Shown here piece by piece: positions 45,082 through 55,294 of a stretch of 59,890 bases of DNA. The translations under genes and the position numbers were made by a program. Source of the DNA: Thermoproteus sp. (GTDB lineage Archaea; Thermoproteota; Thermoprotei; Thermoproteales; Thermoproteaceae); contig JBMFIG010000007.1 in NCBI GenBank assembly GCA_049976425.1, positions 1-59,890 of the forward strand. Direction: 5' to 3'. How positions within the stretch are numbered: position 1 is the stretch's first letter; every line of letters begins with the position of its first letter. The notes under the pieces are model-generated. The model saw only the letters and a program-made list of their open reading frames with translations, was not told where the DNA came from and made no database searches.

Positions 45082-45678
45082 GTGGTTGTCGCAGGCATCG
45101 ACGAGGCGGGGCGCGGCCCCGTCGTGGGCCCCATGGTGTTGGCAATCGTTGCGGGGGATGAGAAGGCGTTGAGGGCCCTCGGCGTCAGGGACTCCAAGGA
45201 GCTGTCCAGGAGGGCCCGGGAAAGGCTCTACCCGCTGATATTGAAGTCGGCAGAGTGTGTAAACTATGTAGTTTTAGAGCCCCACGTGATAGACGAATGG
45301 GCGGCGTCCCACAAGCTCAATCTGTTGGAGGCCGAGGAGGCCGCGAAATTGATGCGGCTGTGCGACGCGGACGTATACTACGTGGATAGCCCCGATCCCA
45401 AGCCGGAGCGGTTCTCCGAACTACTCTCGAGGATGTCGGGGCGTAGAGTAGTGGCCATGAACAAGGCTGAGCGCGTGCCGCAAGTGGCGGCCGCCAGCAT
45501 CGTGGCCAAAGTCGTCAGGGATCGCTTGATCGATATGCTGAGGTCCGAGATGGGCGATTTCGGCTCGGGCTACCCCTCGGACAGCAAGACTATCTCCGCG
45601 CTGCGCTCGGGCAAGGTAGCTGTTGAGTGTATCAGGCACAGCTGGGGCACTCTGAAGAGGTTGAAAGGCGACGGATAG
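45082..45678 (+). CDS. rnhB: Ribonuclease HII
   Basis: GIDEAGRGP, DSK, VAAASIVAKV.RD and GSGYPSD motifs. Confidence 0.95.
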   Translation: MVVAGIDEAGRGPVVGPMVLAIVAGDEKALRALGVRDSKELSRRARERLYPLILKSAECVNYVVLEPHVIDEWAASHKLNLLEAEEAAKLMRLCDADVYYVDSPDPKPERFSELLSRMSGRRVVAMNKAERVPQVAAASIVAKVVRDRLIDMLRSEMGDFGSGYPSDSKTISALRSGKVAVECIRHSWGTLKRLKGDG

Positions 45679-45761
45679 TCGATAGTCCAGTAGCGTCTCC
45701 CAGGCGGAGGGGGCCGCGCCGCGATCGCTGGAGCTTTTTAATTTCGGGGACCTCTATCCCC

Positions 45762-46142
45762 GTGAGCGTCTTGAAAGAGAGGGCGCTCCAGTTCTCGGAG
45801 CACGCGCGCTACGCCCTAGAGCGCGGGCACTACGAGCTGGCGCTTTTCCACGTCGAACAGTACGTCCAACTGTACTCAAAATACCTGCTCTACAGAAGGC
45901 TGGGAGATTTCCCCAAGACGCATTACCTCCGGGATCTTCTAGATAGAGTGGTGGAGATCTACGGCGCCGTCTGCGGACTTCCCGACTTCCTGAAAAAGTG
46001 GGGCGCGAATCTGGCCGTTCTGGAGTACGCCTATATCTCGTCTAGGTATCTGCCCTATAGGGCGAGGCGGGAGGACGCCGAGGCGGCCCTGCGCCTGGCC
46101 GAGGAGTGGAGCTCTGTAGCGTTATGTCTAGAGAATTCGTAG
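45762..46142 (+). CDS. HEPN domain protein (HEPN-MNT pair)
   Basis: LALFHVEQ...FPKTH.L...AYISSRY pattern. Start set at GTG 45762. Confidence 0.85.
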   Translation: MSVLKERALQFSEHARYALERGHYELALFHVEQYVQLYSKYLLYRRLGDFPKTHYLRDLLDRVVEIYGAVCGLPDFLKKWGANLAVLEYAYISSRYLPYRARREDAEAALRLAEEWSSVALCLENS

Positions 46143-46477
46143 AGCTTCTGAGGCGAAGAGCGGAGGCGAGGAGGGCCGTCATCGCAAATCTCGACCGCTA
46201 CCTCGCAGAGATAAAGAGGATAGCTACCGCGGCTGATCCAAGCGCCGAGGTGTACCTCTTCGGTAGCTATGCCAGAGGCGATATGCGCCCGGACAGCGAC
46301 ATAGATATATTGATTGTGTCGGACCTCTATGGCGGCGAGCTGGCCAAAGCGGCCCAGCTGGCTAGTATAATAGAGGAGGGGCTTGGAGTGAGGGGGGTCT
46401 TCGAAATACACGTAACCACTAGGGAACAGTTCGAGGGGTGGTATAGAAGGCTCATAGATGTACTAGTGAGGGTCTGA
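46124..46477 (+). CDS. Minimal nucleotidyltransferase (MNT)
   Basis: YLFGSYARGD..PDSDIDILIV motif. Confidence 0.9.
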   Translation: MSREFVELLRRRAEARRAVIANLDRYLAEIKRIATAADPSAEVYLFGSYARGDMRPDSDIDILIVSDLYGGELAKAAQLASIIEEGLGVRGVFEIHVTTREQFEGWYRRLIDVLVRV

Positions 46478-46594
46478 CCTCGAAGAGGTAGGCGAGAATC
46501 CCTCCCGGCTCAAGGCCGGAGACGCGCCGAGGTCGGGGGCGTTCGGCGAGGCCGGCGCTAAATGTTTAAATATTAGCCGGAACACGGTACGGCG

Positions 46595-47203
46595 ATGAGC
46601 GCCGTAGATCTTTCGATGTGGGAGCCGAGGACGCGCCTCGGCCAGCTAGTCAAGGAGGGGAAGATAAGGACTATAGATGAAATCTTCGCGGCGAATATGT
46701 TGATAAAGGAGCCCGAGATAGTCGACGCGCTCCTCCCCAATCTGAAACAGGAGCTCTTGAGCATAAACATCGTCCAGAGGCAGACAGACGCAGGCGAGGT
46801 GAGCCAGTTCCAGGCCGTGGTCGCGTTGGGCAACGAGGACGGCTACGTGGGCATAGGCATAGGCAAGGCCCGCCAGGTCAGGCAAGCCATAGAGAAGGCC
46901 GTCAGGGAGGCGAAACTCAACATAACGCCGGTTAGGAGGGGGTGCGGTTCTTGGAGGTGTTCCTGCGACGAGCCCCACTCCGTGCCTTTCGTGGTCGAGG
47001 GCAAGTCTGGTAGCGTCGTGGTTAGGCTGATACCGGCCCCGAAGGGCGTAGGTCTCGTGGCGGGCGACGTGGCGAAGGCCATACTGAGGCTCGCCGGCAT
47101 AAAGGACGTGTGGACCAAGACGTTCGGCGACACGAGGACCACGTTGAACTTCGCGCTTGCCACGTACAACGCGCTGAGGAATACCTATAGGTTCAAGATA
47201 TGA
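46595..47203 (+). CDS. rps5: 30S ribosomal protein uS5
   Basis: [21 protein letters not shown] and PAPKG.G motifs. Confidence 0.95.
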   Translation: MSAVDLSMWEPRTRLGQLVKEGKIRTIDEIFAANMLIKEPEIVDALLPNLKQELLSINIVQRQTDAGEVSQFQAVVALGNEDGYVGIGIGKARQVRQAIEKAVREAKLNITPVRRGCGSWRCSCDEPHSVPFVVEGKSGSVVVRLIPAPKGVGLVAGDVAKAILRLAGIKDVWTKTFGDTRTTLNFALATYNALRNTYRFKI

Positions 47204-47751
47204 CCGCCGTAGTGGAGGGACAAGCCGAGAGGGCCGTATATCCGCGATACGCGGTCATAAGGCTACGCGGCGTCGTAAACACGCCTAGGGAGGTAGAGGC
47301 CACGTTGAGCTATTTAAGGCTCAGGAGGAAGTTCGTGATGTCGCTTGTGGTGGCCAAGCCCGACGTGGAGGGCATGTTGGAGAAGGCCCAGAGCTGGATC
47401 ACTTGGGGCGAGATAGACGCAGACACCTTGGCCCAGGTCTTGGCCAGGAGGGGCAGGATAGTCGGGGACAGGCCTCTGACGGAGGACCATCTGAGGAAGT
47501 ACGGGTGGCAGAGCTTCGAGGAGCTGGCGCTTGCGTACGTCTCCGGCGAGATAGAGAGGATAGCCTGTCCCAAGAGGGGCGCCTGGCCTAGGAAGGAGGA
47601 GAAAGTGCTATGCGTGCCCTACATGAAGCCGTTCTTTAGGTTACATCCGCCTATCGGCGGCTTCAAGGACGTCAAGAGGAGCTTCGCAGAGGGCGGCGAC
47701 CTCGGCTATAGAGGCCCTGCTATAAACGAGCTGATAGCCAGAATGATCTAA
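47200..47751 (+). CDS. rpl30: 50S ribosomal protein uL30
   Basis: AVIRLRG, ITWGEID, FRLHPP.GG and GDLGYRG..IN.LI.RM motifs. Confidence 0.93.
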   Translation: MTAVVEGQAERAVYPRYAVIRLRGVVNTPREVEATLSYLRLRRKFVMSLVVAKPDVEGMLEKAQSWITWGEIDADTLAQVLARRGRIVGDRPLTEDHLRKYGWQSFEELALAYVSGEIERIACPKRGAWPRKEEKVLCVPYMKPFFRLHPPIGGFKDVKRSFAEGGDLGYRGPAINELIARMI

Positions 47752-47759
47752 AAAGCCGC

Positions 47760-48569
47760 CTACTGCCTCAGGACCAGCCCCCTCCCCGGCTCGACCTCCA
47801 CGTCGAAGGCCTTGCGGCTGTGGTTCGTCATCCTCATCTTCTTGATTATGAGGTGGCGCCTCACCTCCCTGGCGCTCTCCACGTCGTCCATCCACATGTG
47901 GATCACCCCGTCGGCTATATGCTCCAGCCCGAAGCCGTAGGCCTGCCCCGTGGTGGGCGCGTACTGGCTGGTGAGAAGCGCCGTTACGTTATCGCGGTGG
48001 GTCGCTATCTTCAGCTGGTACGAGTACTTCCTGGCCATGACGGGCTTGTCCACCCAGAACGCCGACATGGAGTCTATCACGAGGCGGACGTGCCTCACGG
48101 GGGCGCCTCTGCCCTCCTCGACGACCTCCAACACCTTGTAGGCCTCGCCTATCGCCTCTATCAGCGTGTCGACCGAGAGGGCGGCGTAGCGCCGGGCCCC
48201 CTCCTCGCCCTCCTTGGCCCTCTCGCTCAACTGCCTCGCCACCTTCAAGAGGCCGAAGATGTCGACGACCACTATCTGGGGTAGCTCCTCGGGCTCCTTC
48301 CGCCAGCCCAGGCTGTAGGTCGGGTACCTCCCGAAGTCCATGCCCAGCTGCCTCGCCTGGACCACCACGTCTCTGTACTCCTGCTCCGTCGTGACGTAGA
48401 CTACGGGATCGCCGGCCTTCAGCCCCGCGTACGCGAAATGCATGGCGAGTATGGACTTCCCCACGCCCGGCTCCCCCGTGGCCACCACCCAACTGCCCTT
48501 GGGTATCCCGCCCTCAAGCGCGTCGTCCAGCTCCTTGATGCCCGTCGAGATCCTCTCGACCTCGGACAC
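47760..48569 (-). CDS. Single-domain KaiC-like (RecA superfamily) ATPase
   Basis: STGI..LD..L.GGIP, GEPGVGKS, VIDS, EHIADG and KMR.T.H motifs. Confidence 0.88.
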   Translation of the reverse strand: MSEVERISTGIKELDDALEGGIPKGSWVVATGEPGVGKSILAMHFAYAGLKAGDPVVYVTTEQEYRDVVVQARQLGMDFGRYPTYSLGWRKEPEELPQIVVVDIFGLLKVARQLSERAKEGEEGARRYAALSVDTLIEAIGEAYKVLEVVEEGRGAPVRHVRLVIDSMSAFWVDKPVMARKYSYQLKIATHRDNVTALLTSQYAPTTGQAYGFGLEHIADGVIHMWMDDVESAREVRRHLIIKKMRMTNHSRKAFDVEVEPGRGLVLRQ

Positions 48570-48644
48570 GTCAGATCCGGAGGGCGGATAAATAAGGTTG
48601 AGCCGGGCCCAGTTAGCCGATGCGGCGGTCAGGAGACGCCGGCG

Positions 48645-49412
48645 CTACTCTGGCCCCCACTTGCCGCACTTCCTGAACTTCCTCAACACGACCTCGGCGG
48701 CGTACACGACCATGCCGTAGAACAACACGACTACGATCGCGCCTATGGACAGCGTGACCGCCGGATCTACGAGCCACGTCCCTGTGGCGGAATACGTCAA
48801 GGGCGCGACGACGTATTGAAGCGGCGACAACGTGAACCACCTCGCGACGCCCTTCGGCATGACTGTCGGCGGTATCATGCCGCCCGATATCGGCACGACC
48901 CATTGGATTACGTTCGCCGCCAGGCTCGGGTTTCTGAGGGCGGCAAGCCACAACGTGACCGCGGCAGATATCAGCGTAGACGCAATGATAAATATGACGA
49001 GCGCTATAGCGAAGGGATAGGGCTGGGCGACGGGCGGAGCCTCGCCTAGCAGTAGGTAGTATACGGCTATGCTCGTCAACACGCCGGGGAACGCCAGGAT
49101 AGATGCGGCGAGCATAGATGCGATCAGGTAGACGTGTAGGCGTTCTGTGGAGGCGGCGACGTAGTCCATGACGCCGTTCCTCACATAGTCGCTGAACGCG
49201 GCGGCCGTCCAGGTCTGGGCCGAGAATATCAAGAACTCCATGACGCCCCAGAAAGTGTAGCGCAACGTCTGGGCCACATCGGCGCCGTACCATGCGATGG
49301 CTAGGGCTATGCTTGCGAACCATAGGGCGTTTACTATCGCGTCTATAGCCAACAGAGGCCAAGCCCTCCTACTCACAAGTACCCGGAGCTCTCTAGCCAC
49401 GCTACCAAACAT
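48645..49412 (-). CDS. ABC-2 type transporter permease
   Basis: About six TM helices, SGGMIP...MP...SPL pattern, operon context. Confidence 0.8.
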   Translation of the reverse strand: MFGSVARELRVLVSRRAWPLLAIDAIVNALWFASIALAIAWYGADVAQTLRYTFWGVMEFLIFSAQTWTAAAFSDYVRNGVMDYVAASTERLHVYLIASMLAASILAFPGVLTSIAVYYLLLGEAPPVAQPYPFAIALVIFIIASTLISAAVTLWLAALRNPSLAANVIQWVVPISGGMIPPTVMPKGVARWFTLSPLQYVVAPLTYSATGTWLVDPAVTLSIGAIVVVLFYGMVVYAAEVVLRKFRKCGKWGPE

Positions 49413-50166
49413 GGTAGAGCCCCGATTTCTTGAACCTAATCATGAGCGATCTCCAGACGAGCAGGCCTAGGGCGAAATACGCCATATATCCGAGAAGCGG
49501 GCCCAGGGCCCGCGGAGGGATCTCGAGGCTCAACGCCACGCCCCGCACGAGCTCCGCCCATTCGGCGAAAGGCAGGAGGGAAGAGACGAGGCGCAACGCC
49601 GACGGCAGAACCGACGCCGGATACATAACGCCGCCGAGGAACACAATCGCGACGTTGAGAAGCATAGTTATCGGCGATGGGCTGCGCAAGTACGGCACGA
49701 GATACGCCAAGCAGAGGGCTATCCCTATCAGCGGCAACGAGGACGCGGCCGCCACGGCGACAGCCAGCAGGACTGCAACGCCGTATATAGGCCCCTTGAT
49801 GGTGGCAACCACTACGGCCGTGGTGGTGGAGATACCTGTTCCGAAGGCAACCAGCTGGACGAGGTAATACGAGGCCAGCGTGGGCAGAGGCCCGGCCGGC
49901 GACGCGGCTAGGTACTCCAGCTGTCCGCCCGACATAAGCCCGTGTAGCGTCCACAGAAAGTCCGACGTGGCCAGCTGGGCCAGTATTATCAACACGACGC
50001 CGATGAGCTGGTAGAGGAATTTGTCGATATCTGCACGTCCTCCGGTGACGGCCCAGCTCGCTAGGTAGAATAGACCGCTTATGAACGGCGCGATGAGCGA
50101 GAAGGCGAGGGAAAGCGCGTAATATCTCGTGTAGTGCCTCGCCGCGAGGTAGAGGCCGGCACTCAT
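49402..50166 (-). CDS. ABC-2 type transporter permease
   Basis: GQLEYL.ASP and LGGVMYP.SVLP patterns. Start set at ATG 50166, overlapping the ATPase stop. Confidence 0.8.
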   Translation of the reverse strand: MSAGLYLAARHYTRYYALSLAFSLIAPFISGLFYLASWAVTGGRADIDKFLYQLIGVVLIILAQLATSDFLWTLHGLMSGGQLEYLAASPAGPLPTLASYYLVQLVAFGTGISTTTAVVVATIKGPIYGVAVLLAVAVAAASSLPLIGIALCLAYLVPYLRSPSPITMLLNVAIVFLGGVMYPASVLPSALRLVSSLLPFAEWAELVRGVALSLEIPPRALGPLLGYMAYFALGLLVWRSLMIRFKKSGLYHVW

Positions 50167-51071
50167 ACGCCGCCGATCGTCTTGACGACTACCTCCTCTA
50201 GCGGCGGCTCTCTGACATACGCCTCCAGCACCGTGCACCCCTCCTCGGCGGCCTTCTTGACCAGCTCCACCAAGGCCTCGCCCCCTCCCCTCCGCGAGAT
50301 CGCCTCCTCCCTGCCGTTGCACACGGCCTTCACAACGGCCTCCGGCTCGAACCCCAAGCTCTTCTTGAGCTGGTCCGGCGGCGCCTTAGCCAATATCCTC
50401 CCCTTGACGATGAGGGCAACCTCGTCGGATAATTCCTCGACCTCGTACAAGTTGTGGGAGGTAAAGAGCACGGTCTTCCCATCCTTCTTGAGCTCCTTGA
50501 TCACCTCCCTTATCTTCCTGGCGCCTAGGGGATCCACGCCTACGGTGGGCTCGTCGAGCAACAAGAGCTCGGGGTCGTTCATCAAGGCCTTGGCCAAGCC
50601 GAGCCTCGCCTTCATCCCCATGGAGTACTCCTCGTAGGGCCTATGCCTGGCGTCCCACAGCCCCACCAGCTCCAGAAGCTCCAGGGCCCTCCTCTCGGCG
50701 TCTTTTCTGCCCATGCCGTACAGCATGCCGTAGTACACCAAGTTCTCCAGGCCGGTGAGGCGGCCGAAGAAGCCCTTGTCCGGGTAGAGCATAAGGCCCG
50801 TCAATCGCCTTACCTTATCGGCCTCGCGCACGACGTCGAATCCCCCTACGTAGGCCCTGCCTCCATCCGGCAGGAGGAGTGTGGCGAATATACGCACCAA
50901 GGTCGTCTTGCCAGCACCGTTAGGGCCCACGAGGGATAGGAGACGGCCTTTGCCTATCGAGATGTCGACCCCCGCCAGCGCCTCGACGACCTTGACCCTG
51001 CTCTTGAACAACCCCATCCTCTCCTTGCTCACGAACCTCTTGCGTAGGCCCTCGCCGACGACGAAGTCCAT
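50163..51071 (-). CDS. ABC exporter ATP-binding protein
   Basis: GPNGAGKT, YSMGM, LLLDEPT and TSH motifs. Confidence 0.93.
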   Translation of the reverse strand: MDFVVGEGLRKRFVSKERMGLFKSRVKVVEALAGVDISIGKGRLLSLVGPNGAGKTTLVRIFATLLLPDGGRAYVGGFDVVREADKVRRLTGLMLYPDKGFFGRLTGLENLVYYGMLYGMGRKDAERRALELLELVGLWDARHRPYEEYSMGMKARLGLAKALMNDPELLLLDEPTVGVDPLGARKIREVIKELKKDGKTVLFTSHNLYEVEELSDEVALIVKGRILAKAPPDQLKKSLGFEPEAVVKAVCNGREEAISRRGGGEALVELVKKAAEEGCTVLEAYVREPPLEEVVVKTIGGV

Positions 51072-51199
51072 GGGTCCCTAAAGGCCGAGGATAAAATACC
51101 TTTCTATAAAGTCAAACAGACAATAGGTGTTCGTCTTGTAAAGAGAAATAGACAACTGCGGGCGGCGCATCGCGCGTATATAGATCTTGTCTAGCAGAG

Positions 51200-51757
51200 C
51201 TACGGGTTTCTTTCCCAGAGCTCCAGTATCTCGGCGTTGGTCAATACGGGGAACAGCCTCGCCATATTGGCCAGAGACCTCTCGTGGGCCGCCTTGTCGG
51301 CGGAGGACACGGCCTCCTTGGCGACGACGGGTAGGTAGCCCAGAGCTTGGGCGTGGCGTGCCGACGTCTCCACCCCTATGTCTGTCGCTATGCCTGTGAA
51401 CACTATAGTGGTTATGCCCGCGTTCCTCAACAACAGCTCGAAGTTCGTGCCGACGAATATAGACGTCGTGTTCTTGTTCAAGACCACGTCGCCTTCGCGC
51501 GGGTATACGTCCTTGTGGATATCGCCGGGATTCCAGCTCCTCCGAAACGGCGAGGCGAACCTCTCGGGGAACGGCGTTATCTTGGTGTAGACGATGGGCA
51601 CGTTGAGCCGTCTAGCCCCATCTATCAACTCCTTGAGCTTGGCCAAGAACTCCTCTCTGTTGAATATGGCGTTCACGAGGGCTTCTTGGACGTCCCAGAC
51701 CACGAGCACGGAGTTGCTCCTCCTGATGAACCTCTTCAGCTCTTCGGGGTTTAGCAT
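51200..51757 (-). CDS. Isochorismatase-family protein lacking the usual catalytic Cys
   Basis: VWDVQ, K..TS.F.GT and [10 protein letters not shown] motifs (G where a Cys normally lies). Confidence 0.85.
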   Translation of the reverse strand: MLNPEELKRFIRRSNSVLVVWDVQEALVNAIFNREEFLAKLKELIDGARRLNVPIVYTKITPFPERFASPFRRSWNPGDIHKDVYPREGDVVLNKNTTSIFVGTNFELLLRNAGITTIVFTGIATDIGVETSARHAQALGYLPVVAKEAVSSADKAAHERSLANMARLFPVLTNAEILELWERNP

Positions 51758-51768
51758 AGATATATCGG

Positions 51769-52254
51769 CTATTTTAATTTTAAATATTCGGCGTTGGCCT
51801 CCCGGTACGCCTCGTTCAGCTCGGCCAGCGCCGAGGTGTGTATGTCCAGCCTCGCCGATGCTTCGTTCAGCTCGGCGACGGCGCTCGCCAGCCGCCTAAA
51901 CCTCGCCTTAAGCTCATGGACGCGGCCCTTCCCCCTCCTCATGTCGGCGGCCAGCCTCCTCAACTCTCCGGCCAGCGCGGATGCCCTCTCGTCGAGGGCC
52001 CTCCTCACCATATGCCTCACGGCGTTGTACTGCTCGTCGGTCAGCTTCAACACCGCGTATTCTAGAGAGGGGCCAGAGCCCTCGGCCTCCCAGCGCTCTA
52101 TCAGCTTGCGTTTAGCCGCGCCGAGTATTCTGCCCACCTTCTCCTCCGGCTCCCAAGTGACGGCTACGCCCGGCGCGATTCCTACATGTCGGAGATCCCT
52201 CAGTACACTAGACACCAGGCCCTCGTCGGTCGAATAAACCAACACCAGCAACAC
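51769..52254 (-). CDS. Hypothetical protein (alpha/beta N-domain plus coiled coil)
   Basis: Host-like codons, same-strand neighbour 11 nt downstream. Confidence 0.7.
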   Translation of the reverse strand: MLLVLVYSTDEGLVSSVLRDLRHVGIAPGVAVTWEPEEKVGRILGAAKRKLIERWEAEGSGPSLEYAVLKLTDEQYNAVRHMVRRALDERASALAGELRRLAADMRRGKGRVHELKARFRRLASAVAELNEASARLDIHTSALAELNEAYREANAEYLKLK

Positions 52255-52418
52255 GGATCCTAAAAACGTCGGTGGTTATTAGGCTTCTCGATCTAGACTC
52301 CTGGCTCGCCTGACCTAGGCGCTTTCGGGCTTCCGTCGGCTGGCTTGCATAAGCCGCGAGCGGCTAGATGGCCGGCGAGGATCTATCGACCGGCATATGT
52401 ACCGGCTGGCGACGTGAG

Positions 52419-53054
52419 TTAGGCCCTATATCCCTTGACTTTTTCGGCCAGCGCGTAGACCTTTCTACTGTCCTTCACGCCGGGCGAGGCCTCCACGCCG
52501 CTGGCGACGTCTACCATATACGGCTTAAACCTCAAGACGTGCTCTACGTTGTCCGGCGTGATCCCGCCGGCCACCGCGACTTTGCCGAACGCCGAGACGG
52601 CCTCTATAAGCTCGAGAGGTAGGCGGAGGCCGTAGCTGTATGCGGTGCGCGACTCCTTCACCGCGTCCACGAGCACGTACTCGTAGCGGCCGCCGGCTAG
52701 GCGCTCTACTCTCCTCAAGACGTCATCTCTGCCGAAAAGCACTACGGGGGCTAACGAGATGCCCCTCTCCCGCGCGAGGTCCTCCACGTCTCCGCCGAAT
52801 ATCTGCGGCATCTGCGCCACGGGGAAGTCGTAACGCGCGGCCAGATCCACGGCCAGAGCCGGGTCGTATGCGTCGAAGACCGCGACCGGCCTCGCCCTGC
52901 TCAGAACCGATGACAGATCTCTGGCGGCGTCGGGCGTTATCCTCCTGGGCGACTTGGTCTCGGGATCTATTATAAAGCCGGCGTAGTCGGCTACTCTGTC
53001 CACGAGCTCTACGTCGACTTGTCTGGTCAGCCCGCAGATCTTCAGAAGCGTCAC
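52419..53054 (-). CDS. trpF: Phosphoribosylanthranilate isomerase
   Basis: KICGLT, SPR, AGGITPDNV and DVASGVE.SPG.KD motifs. Confidence 0.93.
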   Translation of the reverse strand: MTLLKICGLTRQVDVELVDRVADYAGFIIDPETKSPRRITPDAARDLSSVLSRARPVAVFDAYDPALAVDLAARYDFPVAQMPQIFGGDVEDLARERGISLAPVVLFGRDDVLRRVERLAGGRYEYVLVDAVKESRTAYSYGLRLPLELIEAVSAFGKVAVAGGITPDNVEHVLRFKPYMVDVASGVEASPGVKDSRKVYALAEKVKGYRA

Positions 53055-54043
53055 GGCCTGCTCGCCTTGACGACCACATCCACATGTTGCGCGGCGCGGC
53101 CCGACTCTATGGTCTGCAGAGCCAGCTCGAGGCCGTCCTTGACGTCCCTAGCTAGGCCGGCCACATATAGGGCGAACGCCGCGTTGACTGCTATGGCGTG
53201 TTCGGCCTCGCGGTCCTCGCCTCTTAGACCCCTCAAGGTCTTGGCCACCGACTCCTCTCTGGTGTCGGCCCTAGGTATTCTGCCCCGGGGTATCCCTAGG
53301 TCCTCGGGCGTCACGACGTACTCCTCCACTCTGCCGCTCCTCATTTCGGCCACAGCGGTGGCCCCCTCTATGGAGACCTCGTCGATCCCGGGCTCTCCAT
53401 GTACGACGAGGACGTGCTCTAGGCCCAGCATGGCGGCGGCTCTGGCAACCACCGGCATAAGCCGCCTCTCCGCAACGCCGATCACCTGCCTCTTCACCTG
53501 TCCAGGGTTTGCCAACGGGCCTACTATATTGAATATGGTCCTGTACGGCAACCTCTTGCGGACTGGGGCTACCCGGGAGAACGTGGGGTGGTAGGCCGGC
53601 GCGAAGAGGAAGGCGAACCTAGACGCCTTGAGGGCTTGGACGGCCTCGGCCGGCTTTAGGTTTATGTTGTAGCCCAAAGCCTCGAGGAAATCCGCGCTAC
53701 CCGTCGGGCTCGTTACCGACCTATTGCCGTGTTTGAGCACGTACGCGCCAGCCGCCGACGCCACGAGCGCCGCCGCTGTCGAGAGGTTTATGGTCCTCTG
53801 CCCGTCGCCCCCCGTCCCCGCCGTATCGATCGCGGGTAGATCCACCTCCACCTTGACGCAGGTATCGCGCGCCGCTCTGGCGAAGCCCGCCACCTCCTCC
53901 GGCGTCTCGCCTCTAACTCTCATGGCGGTCAACGCCGCGGCGATCTCCACATCGCCAAGCTCGCCCCTCAACATTGACAGAGCAAGCGCGTAGCTCTCCT
54001 CGTAGCTCAGAGCCCCTCCCTCGCCCAGTTTTCTAAGCGACAT
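53051..54043 (-). CDS. trpD: Anthranilate phosphoribosyltransferase
   Basis: DTAGTGGDG, KHGNRS, RTIFN.VGPL.NP and DEVS motifs. Confidence 0.95.
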   Translation of the reverse strand: MSLRKLGEGGALSYEESYALALSMLRGELGDVEIAAALTAMRVRGETPEEVAGFARAARDTCVKVEVDLPAIDTAGTGGDGQRTINLSTAAALVASAAGAYVLKHGNRSVTSPTGSADFLEALGYNINLKPAEAVQALKASRFAFLFAPAYHPTFSRVAPVRKRLPYRTIFNIVGPLANPGQVKRQVIGVAERRLMPVVARAAAMLGLEHVLVVHGEPGIDEVSIEGATAVAEMRSGRVEEYVVTPEDLGIPRGRIPRADTREESVAKTLRGLRGEDREAEHAIAVNAAFALYVAGLARDVKDGLELALQTIESGRAAQHVDVVVKASRP

Positions 54044-55265
54044 GGGCCTTCTCGTACGCGTCTACGTCCAGAAGCCCGTGGCCGGATAGGTTGAACGCTA
54101 TGACGGAGCCCGGGGGCAACTTCTTGGCGAGATCGGCGACCGCCTTTATTGCGTGGGAGCTCTCGGGCGCCGGTATTATGCCTTCAGACCTCGCGAACAT
54201 GACGGCGGCTTCGAAGACCTCCTCCTGCCTATAGGCCACCGCGTCGACCAAGCCCAGCCTTTTGAGTACCGAGAGGCTGGGGGCGGCGCCGTGGTAGCGG
54301 AGGCCCGCCGCGTGGACCGCCGGCGGGACGAAGTCGTGGCCGAGCGTGTACATCTTGATCATGGGCAACACCCCGACGGCGTCCGGAAAGTCGTAGCGGT
54401 AGTCGCCCGACGTGAGCTTAGGCGCGGCGGCAGACTCGGCGGCTAGGAACCTCGTCCTCTCGAAGCCTTCACCCCTCAGCTTCATCCCTATCATCGGATA
54501 CGTGAAGCCTCCGAAGTTAGAGCCGCCGCCTACACAGCCAACAGCGTAGTCGGGCTCCTCAGGCATCTGCTCAATGGCCTCAAGGCCGATGACCGACTGA
54601 TGTATCAAGACGAACTCGAGGACGCTCCCCGGCAGATACCGCCTCCTCTCGCCGGCCAAGGTGTACTCAACGGCCTCCGAGATGGCTATTCCGAGGGAGC
54701 CCGGATGGTCGGGCTTGTTGAACTTCCTCCCGGTCTCGGTCACGTCGCTGGGGCTCGGGTAGACGGTCGCCCCATACGCCTTCATGAACGTGACCCTCTG
54801 CCTCTTGCTGTTATAGGAAGACCGCGTCATGAACACAGTGGCCTTGAGGCCGAACAAGGCGGCCGCCAGCGACACGGCCATGCCCCACTGTCCTGCGCCT
54901 GTCTCGGTGGCTACCTCCTCGGCGCCGTCCAGCTTCGCGTAGTAGGCCTGGGCCAGCGCCGTGTTCAACTTGTGGCTTCCGACCGGCAGAGCCCCCTCGT
55001 ATTTATAGTAGATATGGACCTTGACTCCGAGCTTCCTCTCGAACCCCTCGGCTCTCCTGAACGGCGTGGGCCTCCCCATCCGCGCGTAGGCCTCCCTGAC
55101 CTCCTCCGGTATCGGTATCCAGCGCTCCGCGGTGAACTCTTGGTCTATCAACGCCGAGGGCAGAATTTTGGTGAGCAACGCAATTCTGCTATCGCCGTCG
55201 TCTGGATCTTTAGGCGGAGGCAACGGGACGGGCAGATCGGCGCCTATGTTGTACCACCTATCCAC
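54033..55265 (-). CDS. trpB2: Tryptophan synthase beta, TrpB2 type
   Basis: GSHKLN, ETGAGQWG, CVGGGSN, HAAGLRYHG and PAPESSHA motifs. Confidence 0.93.
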   Translation of the reverse strand: MDRWYNIGADLPVPLPPPKDPDDGDSRIALLTKILPSALIDQEFTAERWIPIPEEVREAYARMGRPTPFRRAEGFERKLGVKVHIYYKYEGALPVGSHKLNTALAQAYYAKLDGAEEVATETGAGQWGMAVSLAAALFGLKATVFMTRSSYNSKRQRVTFMKAYGATVYPSPSDVTETGRKFNKPDHPGSLGIAISEAVEYTLAGERRRYLPGSVLEFVLIHQSVIGLEAIEQMPEEPDYAVGCVGGGSNFGGFTYPMIGMKLRGEGFERTRFLAAESAAAPKLTSGDYRYDFPDAVGVLPMIKMYTLGHDFVPPAVHAAGLRYHGAAPSLSVLKRLGLVDAVAYRQEEVFEAAVMFARSEGIIPAPESSHAIKAVADLAKKLPPGSVIAFNLSGHGLLDVDAYEKAHVA

Positions 55266-55294
55266 CCCGACGACATAGAGCCGAGTACCCGGCC

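Noticed and set aside
46494-46522. GAATCCCTCCCGGCTCAAGGCCGGAGA hairpin resembling an IS200/IS605 end
   Set aside because: Similarity is short and partial, with no tnpA/tnpB remnant nearby.
47760-48569. Circadian clock interpretation of the KaiC-like gene
   Set aside because: Single-domain archaeal KaiC-like ATPases are common and no kaiA/kaiB partner is present.
51110-51195. Repeated AGACAA/TTGTCT hexamers upstream of the ABC operon
   Set aside because: Too short and irregularly spaced to support an operator call.
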